Below are positions 32,276-40,566 of a DNA stretch of 64,000 nt, one piece after another. Both the position numbers and the translations under genes were made by a program. Location: contig CAWEZH010000002.1 in assembly GCA_963813535.1 (NCBI GenBank), positions 1,152,001 to 1,216,000 of the forward strand. Reading direction: 5' to 3'. Each line of letters begins with the position of its first letter. The first letter of the stretch is position 1. Origin of the DNA: an uncultured Chloroflexia bacterium. GTDB lineage: Bacteria > Chloroflexota > Limnocylindria > Limnocylindrales > CSP1-4. Below the pieces are notes generated by a model. That model saw nothing but the letters and a program-made list of their open reading frames with translations, was not told where the DNA came from and made no database searches.

Positions 32276-32376
32276 GGCTCCTCCGGGGCCTGTGCCACTG
32301 AACCTGCACGCCATTCGTGCCATATGTGCAAGAGGCGCACCGTCGGCCCGCTGAGTTCGCCGGCTCGGTTCTCGCG

Positions 32377-32449
32377 TGCATCGTCATGCAGCCGCACATG
32401 CGGTGGTGACCACGTCCATGCGCTCTGATGCATCGTCATGCAGTCGCAC
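32377..32449. repeat. Two 21-bp direct repeats TGCATCGTCATGCAG(C/T)CGCAC, 52 bp apart, in an intergenic region
   Basis: Copies at 32377-32397 and 32429-32449 with one mismatch; each contains TGCAT...ATGCA dyad symmetry. Confidence 0.8.
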
Positions 32450-32555
32450 GCACCTGAGCCGGCGCGTGGATGCATCCCAAGGTGCGCCGGATGCACATAC
32501 GGCCCGATCGCGGGCGTGGGGCCGGGAGCTGACGCGCGACGGGAGCTGAACATGA

Positions 32556-32584
32556 ACGCGACGCCCTCGGTGAGGGCGTCGCGT
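32556..32584 (-). terminator. Perfect 13-bp stem-loop downstream of the PD40 gene
   Basis: acgcgacgccctc-ggt-gagggcgtcgcgt. Confidence 0.75.
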
Positions 32585-32606
32585 CGCGATCCGTCGGAGG
32601 AGTCGC

Positions 32607-33728
32607 CTACCGGGGATCGATCCCCCAGGCGACGAAGTACTCGTTGTCGTTCGGCGTATCCGTGACCTGGACGAGGTCCGTACCGTCGATCGCCATCGTG
32701 TAGATGTCGGCCATGTTGGATGTGCCGACCGCCATGTTGAAGACGAGGCGGGCGCCGTCGGGCGAGAACGCGGGTCCGGTCGCCCAGTTGTGGATCGCGG
32801 GAAGCTCGATCGTCCGCAGATCGGACCCATCGGGTCGCACGAGGATGAACTGCGAAACCCTCCCCTGCACCAGGGCGCGACCGGCGAGCAGCCACTCACC
32901 GTCCGGCGACCACGACACCGAGACGCCGATCGGGTCGGGGATGACCTCGAGAACCTCCCCGGTGTCCACGTCGGCGACCCAGATCGTGCCGACTTCCTGA
33001 CCGGCTAGACCGCGCACGAAGGCGATCCGCCGTCCATCCGGCGCGAAGTCACCGGGGATGTCGTTGCCGCCCAGGCCGTTCGTCGTCAGTCGTGTCGCGC
33101 CCGAACCATCGGCGGCGTTCGCGAGGAAGATGCCGTTCCGTGTCTTTTCGGCATCGTTCCAGCCCTCGGCCGCGAGCCGCCGCCCATCGGGCGACCAGGT
33201 GGAACAGCCCAGGTTCACGCCGTCGACGGAATTCGGGAACCGTCGAAGGTCGGTCCCGTCGACGTTGACCGTGCCGAACCCGATGCTCAGACGTTGGCCG
33301 TCTGGCGAGAACTGCGGGCATTCGTTCGCTCCGGGGAGAACGACACGGGTATCCGACCCGTCGGGTCGGCTGATGTGGATCACGGTGTCCTGAAGGGCCG
33401 GGTCGAAGCGGCCGAAGGCGATCGGTCCGTTGACGATCGGTGTCGGCGCGATCCGCCACCCGCCGACGGTCAGGCCCACTGCGGCGATAGCGATGACCAA
33501 GGCAAGGACGATCAGGATCGCCCACGCGGGCGCCGACAACGGCCGGCCCAGCGAGCGAGCTGTGGTGGACATGGGAAGGCTCCTCAGGGAGGCCAGCCAG
33601 GCCGGTTGCTGCCGTCGGCCGGCGGTCGTGGCGAGGATCGCGTCGATCTGACCGTCCGCGACGGTGCGATCGGCGGTCACTTCGAAGTGGGCGCGGAGCA
33701 TGATCTCGACGTCGCGATGGGCGTTCAT
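32607..33728 (-). CDS. Putative anti-sigma factor: cytoplasmic N-terminus, one TM, extracellular TolB-like PD40 beta-propeller
   Basis: Repeated (F/W)SPDG motifs; single TM; ATGA-coupled to the ECF sigma gene. Confidence 0.8.
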   Translation of the reverse strand: MNAHRDVEIMLRAHFEVTADRTVADGQIDAILATTAGRRQQPAWLASLRSLPMSTTARSLGRPLSAPAWAILIVLALVIAIAAVGLTVGGWRIAPTPIVNGPIAFGRFDPALQDTVIHISRPDGSDTRVVLPGANECPQFSPDGQRLSIGFGTVNVDGTDLRRFPNSVDGVNLGCSTWSPDGRRLAAEGWNDAEKTRNGIFLANAADGSGATRLTTNGLGGNDIPGDFAPDGRRIAFVRGLAGQEVGTIWVADVDTGEVLEVIPDPIGVSVSWSPDGEWLLAGRALVQGRVSQFILVRPDGSDLRTIELPAIHNWATGPAFSPDGARLVFNMAVGTSNMADIYTMAIDGTDLVQVTDTPNDNEYFVAWGIDPR

Positions 33729-34279
33729 GTCGTTCGCTCCGCGGTCCGAGCGACCCGTCGATCATCGGCATCGACGGTGGCCCGCAGGGCCGAGACCGCT
33801 CGGTGAAGCCGGGATTTCATGGTCCCGGTGGGGATGCCGAGGGCGGACGCCGCCTCGGCGATGGGCAGGTCGAGGTAGTAGACGAGCACCAGGACCGTTC
33901 GCTGGTCGACCGTGAGCCGTTGAAGGCCACGTTCGAGCTGGTCGGTCACGGCGAAGGTCGATTGGATGTCGGCGACGTACGGGTGGTCGCTCGGCTGGAG
34001 CGGGATCTCCAGGACTCGTCGGCGGGCCCGCCGACGCGTGTCCTGACAGGAACGGACGATGAGCCTGGTCAACCAGGCCTGGAACTTGTCGGGGTCGCGC
34101 AGTCCCGGGAGGCTCCGCCACGCGTTGACGAAGGCATCCTGTACCGCGTCTTCGGCAAGGGTGTAGTCGTGAAGGATCAGCCGTGCGATCGCATTGAGCC
34201 GGCCGACCGAGCCCGCGACGAGGCGCGCGAAGGCGTCATGATCGCCCCCTCTCGCCTGGATCACGAGCTCTCGATCCAT
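33725..34279 (-). CDS. ECF RNA polymerase sigma factor
   Basis: Region 2 'AEDAVQDAFVNAW...FQAWL'; region 4 'LGIPTGTMKSRLHRA'; start uncertain (34279 preferred). Confidence 0.93.
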   Translation of the reverse strand: MDRELVIQARGGDHDAFARLVAGSVGRLNAIARLILHDYTLAEDAVQDAFVNAWRSLPGLRDPDKFQAWLTRLIVRSCQDTRRRARRRVLEIPLQPSDHPYVADIQSTFAVTDQLERGLQRLTVDQRTVLVLVYYLDLPIAEAASALGIPTGTMKSRLHRAVSALRATVDADDRRVARTAERTT

Positions 34280-34322
34280 CCCTGCCGCCCTGCTGACGCG
34301 GACATCTTCCGCGTTCGACGTG

Positions 34323-34352
34323 TATGTCCGTCGGGGGCGTGGGAAAGGTTCC
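34323..34352 (-). promoter_or_regulatory. Candidate ECF-type autoregulatory promoter GGAACC-N18-GACATA
   Basis: GGAAC -35 typical of ECF promoters, upstream of the sigma gene; the -10 assignment is a guess. Confidence 0.35.
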
Positions 34353-34396
34353 GTCTTGGTGCCGGAGCCTGGCACGCCGACCTGGCGCTTCCGCTC

Positions 34397-34807
34397 CTAG
34401 GCGCGTTCCGCCTTGTGGCCGCCCTCGGCACGGCGCGCGGCACCCCAGCGCGGATCGCCGGCCGTCGCCTCGTAGCCCTTCCGCGTCAGCATCTCGAGCT
34501 CAGCGAGTAGCGGCTCGTCGACCTTCGCGAAGTTGAAGCAGGACTTCCCTTGCATGCGCTTCCTGAGCGCCGGTGACACGTCATCGAGCAGCGCGGGCTG
34601 GACGTACACGGGCATGAGGTAGTAACTCACGTACCGCTTCCCCAGCCGCGTCGCGCCGAACCACGTGCTCGGGTCCCGCTCACCGTCGGGCGCCATGTCG
34701 ACGCCGAACCACTGCGCCGAGTCGGCCGACACGTGCATCTTCGCGGCGTACGGCGCCAGCATCGACTTGAACCGCTCGAACAGCTGCCCGAACTCCGCCT
34801 CGCCCAT
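34397..34807 (-). CDS. DUF1801/YdhG-like protein
   Basis: 'KRYVSYYLMPVY...LRKRMQGKSCFNF'; GAAGGGG RBS before ATG 34807. Confidence 0.7.
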   Translation of the reverse strand: MGEAEFGQLFERFKSMLAPYAAKMHVSADSAQWFGVDMAPDGERDPSTWFGATRLGKRYVSYYLMPVYVQPALLDDVSPALRKRMQGKSCFNFAKVDEPLLAELEMLTRKGYEATAGDPRWGAARRAEGGHKAERA

Positions 34808-34817
34808 CAAGGCCCCT

Positions 34818-35803
34818 TCAGTACGCGGCCAGCTTGCGGATCGCGTCGGCGATCTTCTCGGGGCTGACCATGAACCAGTCCTCGAGGACATGGTTGTACG
34901 GAACCCCCGGGACGTCCGGCCCGGCGATGCGCGTGACCGGTCCGTCGAGGTAGTCGAACGCCTCCTCGGCCACGAGCGCCGCGACCTCGGCACCGTACCC
35001 ACCGAACCGGTTGTCCTCGTAGACGACGAGGCACTTGCCGGTCTTGCGAACGGACTCGAGGACGGTCTCGTTGTCGAGCGGACGAAGCGTTCGCAAGTCG
35101 ACGACCTCGACGCTGATGTCCTCCTCGGCCACGCGATCGGCGGCTTCGAGCGCGTAGTGCGCCATCAGTCCGTAGGCGAATACCGAGATCTGCGTCCCCG
35201 GGTGGGTCACCGCCGCCTTGCCGAGCGGGCACGGTGTAGTCGGTGTCGGGCACGTCGCCGCGGACCGAGCGGTACATCTTCTTGTGCTCGAAGAACAGCA
35301 CCGGGTCGTCGTCGCGGATCGACGAGCGGAGCAGGCCTCGGGCGTCGTACGGCGTCGATGGCACGACCACCTTCAGGCCCGGGCACGTGGGTGAAGAACG
35401 CCTCGACGCTCTGCGAGTGGTACAGCGCGCCATGGACGCCGCCGCCATACGGCGCCCGGATGACCATCGGCACGCCATAGCCGTTGTTCGAGCGATAGCG
35501 CATCCGGGCCGCCTCTGACACGATCTGGTTGAACGCCGGGAAGATGAAGTCGGCGAACTGGATCTCGGCGATCGGGCGAAGGCCGTTGACCGCGGCGCCG
35601 ATCGATGCGCCCACGATCATCGACTCGGTCAGCGGGGTATCGATGACCCGGTCGTCGCCGAACTCCGCCCACAGGCCGTCAGTGGCCAGGAAGACGCCAC
35701 CCTTCTTGCCCACGTCCTCGCCGAGGATGATCACCGACTCGTCGCGGCGCATCTCGTCGGCGAGCGTCTCGCGGATGGAATCGATGAACGTCCTGGCCGG
35801 CAT
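34818..35803 (-). CDS. bkdAB: 2-oxoacid dehydrogenase E1 beta subunit (two +1 frameshifts near 35380 and 35228)
   Basis: Three consecutive frames give GEDVG..GGVF..DTPLTE..EIQFADF..HSQS / [18 protein letters not shown] / [16 protein letters not shown]. Confidence 0.9.
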
Positions 35804-36822
35804 CAGTCGACGTCCTCGGCGTAGACGTAGCGCATCGCCGTCGAGGGATCGGGGTCCGGTTGCGCCTCGGCGTAGTCGGTCGCCTCGTCGACGATGCCCT
35901 TGATCTCTGCGGCGAGCCGCTCCTCGATCTCGTCGGTCAGCACGCCGGCGTCCCGCAGCTGAGCGCGGAACGCCGGGAGCGGGTCGCGCTTGCGCTCTTC
36001 CGCGAGCTCCTCCTCGGAGCGGTACTTCGTCTGTTGGTCGTCCGACGAGTGTCCCGTGAGACGGGTGACCTTCGCCTCGATCAGCGTCGGTCCCTCGCCG
36101 GCGCGGGCGCGGGCGACCGCGTCACGCGAGGCGGCGTAGCAGGCCAACACGTCGTTGCCGTCGACGACGATCCCCGGGATGCCGTACCCGGCGGCCCGTT
36201 CGGCGACATTCGGCACAGACACCTGGCGGGCCATCGGCACACTGATCGCGTAGCCGTTGTTCTCGACCACGAAGACGAACGGCAGCTTGTGGATCGCGGC
36301 GAAGTTCAGACCCTCGTGGACGTCGCCCTGGTTGCTGCTCCCCTCCCCCATGGACGTCATCGCGACCTGGCCGGTCTTGCGGATCTTGGCGGCGAGGGCG
36401 ATCCCGACGGCGTGGAGGAGCTGTGTCGCGACCGGCGACGAGACCGACACGAGGTTGTGCTCGTGCGAGCCGTAATGGCCCGGCATCTGACGGCCGCCCG
36501 ACGACGGATCGTTGGCCGTCGCGTACTGGGCGGTCAGGATGTCGCGCGGGCTCATGCCGAATGTCAGGCACGTCGCGATCGATCGATAGAACGGCGCGAT
36601 CCAGTCGTGGCCCTTCTCGAGCGGCCAGGCGATACCAACCTGGGCGCCCTCGTGACCCTGGCCCGAGATCACGAACGGGATGCGGCCGGCACGGTTGAGG
36701 ATCCACATCCGCTCGTCAAGCGCTCGCGCGAGCGCCACGAGGCGATACATCGCGACGAGGTCGTCGTCGGTCAGTCCGACGCTCGCGGCAAGGCTCGTGG
36801 CGCTTCCCTTCGTCACGGCCAT
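35803..36822 (-). CDS. bkdAA: 2-oxoacid dehydrogenase E1 alpha subunit (BkdAA-like)
   Basis: PFVISGQGHE, GGRQMPGH, TPP motif GEGSSNQGD...NN, HSSDD. Confidence 0.92.
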   Translation of the reverse strand: MAVTKGSATSLAASVGLTDDDLVAMYRLVALARALDERMWILNRAGRIPFVISGQGHEGAQVGIAWPLEKGHDWIAPFYRSIATCLTFGMSPRDILTAQYATANDPSSGGRQMPGHYGSHEHNLVSVSSPVATQLLHAVGIALAAKIRKTGQVAMTSMGEGSSNQGDVHEGLNFAAIHKLPFVFVVENNGYAISVPMARQVSVPNVAERAAGYGIPGIVVDGNDVLACYAASRDAVARARAGEGPTLIEAKVTRLTGHSSDDQQTKYRSEEELAEERKRDPLPAFRAQLRDAGVLTDEIEERLAAEIKGIVDEATDYAEAQPDPDPSTAMRYVYAEDVD

Positions 36823-36829
36823 CGGACGA

Positions 36830-38272
36830 TCAGAAGTTGATCGATCGTCCGTCGACCGCCAAGGCCGCCTCGCCGATGACCTCCGAGAGGGTCGGGTGGG
36901 CGTGCGTCGCGCCGCCGATCTCCCACGGCGTGGCGTCGAGCTCGAACGCGAGCGAGGCCTCCGCGATCAGGTCGGTGGCATGCGGTCCGACGACGTGGAC
37001 ACCGAGCGTGTCCTGTGTGTCGGGGTTGGCGATGACCTTGGCGAACCCCTCGTACTCACCGCCGATGAGGGCCTTGGCGATCGCCTGGAACGGGACCTTG
37101 CCGACCTTGTATGGGATGCCGGCCGCCTTGAGCTGCTCCTCGGTCCTGCCGATCGAGGCGATCTCGGGCCGGCAGTACGTCGCCCGTGGCTGGGCGTCGT
37201 AGTCCATCTCGTGGACGTCGGCCTCGCCGGCGATCGTGTGCGCGGCGGTGATCCCCTCGTGGCCCGCGACGTGGGCAAGCCACAGACCACCGATCGCGTC
37301 GCCGATCGCGTAGACATGCGGCTCCTTCGTCCGCATGTGGCCGTTGACCTTGATGACGCCCTTGTCGGTCTCGACCTTGGTCGTCTCGAGGCCGATGTCC
37401 TCGATGTTCGCGGCGCGGCCGGTGGCGACGAGCATCATCTCGGCACGCAGCTCTGCCGGCTCCTTCCCGTCCGGTCCGACGTCGAGGCAGATCCCGCCCT
37501 TCTCGACCGAGACCGATTTCGCGTCGAACCGGGCGTTGGTCATGACGGTCATGCCGCGCTTCTCGAAGCTGCGCTGGACGAGCTTGCTGACCTCGAGGTC
37601 CTCGAGCGGGACGATCTGTGGCAGGTACTCGAGCAGCGTGACCTTCACGCCGACGTCGTGGAACATGCTTGCGAACTCGACACCCACCGCACCCGCCCCG
37701 ACGATGACGATGTCCTTGGGCAGGGTCGACATCCTCAGGACGTCGTCGCTGGTCACGATCCGCTTCCCGTCGGGCTCGAGCCCGGGCAGGGACTTGACAC
37801 GTGAACCGGTGGCGATGATGACGTCCGTCGCCTGGAGTACACGCTCGCCGCCCTTGCCGGGCGTGCCGTCCTCGCCGGCCTGGCTGACGCGGATCTTGTT
37901 GGGGCCGTCCAGCCGGCCACGCCCGTCGACCCAGGTGACCTTGTTCTTGGTGACCAGCGACTTCAGGCCGGTCCACAGGCGCTTGACGACAGCGTCCCGG
38001 CGCTCAGCGAAGGCCGCGTAGTCGACGACCGGCTCGCCCGGCAGCGTCAGCCCGAAATCCTTGGCGTGGCGGACCTTGTCGGCGAACGCGGCGGACTCGA
38101 GCAGGGCCTTGGTCGGGATGCAGCCGCGATGGAGGCAGGTCCCGCCGATCTTGTCCTCGTCGACAAGAGCGACCTTCAGTCCGAGCTGGGCAGCTCGAAA
38201 GGCGGCCGTGTAGCCGCCGGTGCCCGCTCCGAGCACCACCAGGTCGAAGTCATTGGACGAGCCGACGGCCAT
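36830..38272 (-). CDS. lpdA: Dihydrolipoyl dehydrogenase E3
   Basis: GAGTGG, GGTCLHRGCIPTK, GAGAVG, HPTLSE. Confidence 0.96.
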   Translation of the reverse strand: MAVGSSNDFDLVVLGAGTGGYTAAFRAAQLGLKVALVDEDKIGGTCLHRGCIPTKALLESAAFADKVRHAKDFGLTLPGEPVVDYAAFAERRDAVVKRLWTGLKSLVTKNKVTWVDGRGRLDGPNKIRVSQAGEDGTPGKGGERVLQATDVIIATGSRVKSLPGLEPDGKRIVTSDDVLRMSTLPKDIVIVGAGAVGVEFASMFHDVGVKVTLLEYLPQIVPLEDLEVSKLVQRSFEKRGMTVMTNARFDAKSVSVEKGGICLDVGPDGKEPAELRAEMMLVATGRAANIEDIGLETTKVETDKGVIKVNGHMRTKEPHVYAIGDAIGGLWLAHVAGHEGITAAHTIAGEADVHEMDYDAQPRATYCRPEIASIGRTEEQLKAAGIPYKVGKVPFQAIAKALIGGEYEGFAKVIANPDTQDTLGVHVVGPHATDLIAEASLAFELDATPWEIGGATHAHPTLSEVIGEAALAVDGRSINF

Positions 38273-38275
38273 CGG

Positions 38276-38350
38276 TCAGTGGGCCTCGAAGGGGCTCGGA
38301 GCGGTAGCCGACGGAGGGGCGTCGAAGGCGTGCGCGCCCGAGTGGGTCAT
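38276..38350 (-). CDS. Candidate 24-aa leaderless upstream ORF MTHSGAHAFDAPPSATAPSPFEAH
   Basis: TACCAT -10 box 8 nt before its ATG; in frame with lpd; stop lies 3 nt before the lpd ATG. Confidence 0.35.
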   Translation of the reverse strand: MTHSGAHAFDAPPSATAPSPFEAH

Positions 38351-38490
38351 CGCGTTCGATGGTACGCGTGCCGTTGCGACGGGCGCAACCGACGCCGACC
38401 CGGCCGACCGGCGCTGACGCGTCGGGCGGAGCCATCGGCCGGTGCTAGACTCGGGCTCCCCGAGCCACCTCCCCTCCACCTGGAGCATCG

Positions 38491-39150
38491 ATGGGAACCG
38501 ACATCCTCGGAACGGTCGGCCTCATGCTCATCGCCTATCTGGCGGGCTCGATCCCGGTCGGTGCGATCGTCGCGCGGTGGGTCGGCGGACCGGACCTCCG
38601 ATCCGTCGGATCGGGCCGGACGGGTGGCACCAACGCGCTGCGGGCGCTGGGTCGGAAATGGGCCGCCGTCGTCGTCCTCGGCGACCTGCTGAAGGGCGCC
38701 CTCCCCGTCCTGCTGGCCCGCTACGTCACGGGCGACCCGCTGGTCGAGGTGCTCTGCGGAGGCGCAGCGGTCGCCGGTGCGATCTGGAGCGTGTTCGCCG
38801 GGTTCCGCAGCGGCCGCGGCGTGGGGACGGGCGTCGGGACCATGCTCGTCATCCAGCCCATCGCGGTCCTGCTGGCGGCGCCGGTCTTCTTTGCCGTGAT
38901 CCTGCTGACGCGCTACGTGTCGCTCGGCTCACTGCTCGGGTCGGCCGCGATGATCCCCGCCATGTTGTTGCTGCTCTTGCTCGTGCCCGAGACGCCGCTG
39001 CCGTACGTCATCTATACCGCGGTCGGGACAGCCCTGATCTGGCTGGCACACGCCGACAACATCGAGCGGCTGCTGAAGGGCACGGAGCGCAAGTTCGACC
39101 TGAGCATGCTGGCCGGCAAGACACCCCCGAGCGGCGTCGAGGGGCCGTAA
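38491..39150 (+). CDS. plsY: Glycerol-3-phosphate acyltransferase PlsY
   Basis: YLAGSIP, GSGRTGGTNALR, DLLKG, GRGVGT, YVSLGS, HADNIERL..GTE. Confidence 0.93.
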   Translation: MGTDILGTVGLMLIAYLAGSIPVGAIVARWVGGPDLRSVGSGRTGGTNALRALGRKWAAVVVLGDLLKGALPVLLARYVTGDPLVEVLCGGAAVAGAIWSVFAGFRSGRGVGTGVGTMLVIQPIAVLLAAPVFFAVILLTRYVSLGSLLGSAAMIPAMLLLLLLVPETPLPYVIYTAVGTALIWLAHADNIERLLKGTERKFDLSMLAGKTPPSGVEGP

Positions 39151-39177
39151 GCCACCGATCCTGCCCTTGGAATCGAT

Positions 39178-39206
39178 CGACCCGGGTCGGCTGACGACCC
39201 GGGTCG
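39178..39206. repeat. Tandem pair of the perfect 12-bp palindrome CGACCCGGGTCG, probable terminator between convergent genes
   Basis: Copies at 39178-39189 and 39195-39206. Confidence 0.7.
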
Positions 39207-39259
39207 GGGATCACGCTTGTTCGGCGGGCCGTCGGTCAGCCCGCGCCGAGAGGATGGGA

Positions 39260-39646
<387 letters not shown>

Positions 39647-39775
39647 AGAAGAGACTCCTCTCGGTAGCCGGCGCGATCCCGTCGGGTTCTCGCGTCAGCC
39701 GTGAGAGGAGTCCGAGTTGCGTCGAGCTACGTTCTGGCCACGGACGCTTCCGCGGCGTTTGACCGCGCGATGGTA
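39647..39775 (-). promoter_or_regulatory. Promoter (-10 TACCAT, 39770-39775) and structured 5'UTR whose long hairpin pairs with the SD
   Basis: 10-bp inverted repeat 39653-39662 / 39703-39712 with nested inner stems; second hairpin at 39737-39756. Confidence 0.6.
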
Positions 39776-39813
39776 CGCGTTGGGAGCGGCGCTTGTACAG
39801 CCCTGACTTTCGA

Positions 39814-40503
39814 TCAAAACGGTGCGACGGCGAACAGGTGGCTGAACTGTTTGCACCAGATGATCGCACTGCGGAATCGGCTCACGTCCGTACCCGTGGG
39901 CACGTCGTAGCCGAACGAGCCGTCGGTCGCCTTGAGCGTCCCGAGCTCCAGGGCGTCGTCCGCGTAGTCGTCGGCATCGGTCGAGAGGTAGACGTACAGG
40001 TCGGGCCCGTTTCGCACGCTGAAGTCCGCGAGCCGCAGGTGGTACCGACCGGGCTCGACCTCGATCAATGAAGCGGTCCCCCGGCCGAAGTGGAACTCGT
40101 CCGTCCCCGAGAACTCGCCGCTCGCGACCATGACCGGATCGAATGGGGTCGGCGACGGCCGCAGCGAGACGCTCGGTGCGAGGGTCGGAGGCGCCGTCGG
40201 CGTGGCGATCGCGACCGACGGCGCCGGGATCGACGCAATTGCGACTGCCGGTGTCGGGCCCGGCTCCACGAGTGAGGTCCGGACCCATATCGGCGATGCG
40301 AGATACCACGTGGTGGGCGCGCCGACCGCGATCGCCAGCGCGACGACCACGCCTGTCCTCCCCGGATGACGGCGCGCCGCCTCGAACCAGCCACGACGCC
40401 ACGCCACGACCGCAAGGACGACCACGACCACCGCGGAGACGATCGCAACGAGCACGCGCTGGTCGTACAAGGTGTCGAAGAACGTGCGCGCCAGGTCGTC
40501 CAT
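39814..40503 (-). CDS. DM13 domain membrane protein
   Basis: Two N-terminal TMs; 'H..RG.A..NGPDLYVYLS..LG.LKA..G..Y..IWCKQFSHLF'. Confidence 0.88.
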   Translation of the reverse strand: MDDLARTFFDTLYDQRVLVAIVSAVVVVVLAVVAWRRGWFEAARRHPGRTGVVVALAIAVGAPTTWYLASPIWVRTSLVEPGPTPAVAIASIPAPSVAIATPTAPPTLAPSVSLRPSPTPFDPVMVASGEFSGTDEFHFGRGTASLIEVEPGRYHLRLADFSVRNGPDLYVYLSTDADDYADDALELGTLKATDGSFGYDVPTGTDVSRFRSAIIWCKQFSHLFAVAPF

Positions 40504-40566
40504 GCCCGGGACGGTGACTGCTGCGCATGACGCGTCGATGACGGCCGGTCGAAACCCGGCGGAGCG

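Noticed and set aside
32377-32449. Two 21-bp repeats with a 31-nt spacer as a mini-CRISPR
   Set aside because: Only two short copies, with no leader and no cas genes; kept as an unexplained repeat
34818-35803. E1 beta as a pseudogene or programmed double frameshift
   Set aside because: No slippery heptamer, all motifs are intact and partner subunits are complete; sequencing error is more parsimonious
38273-38278. In-frame TGA before lpd as selenocysteine
   Set aside because: No evident SECIS hairpin and the position is not a catalytic Cys site
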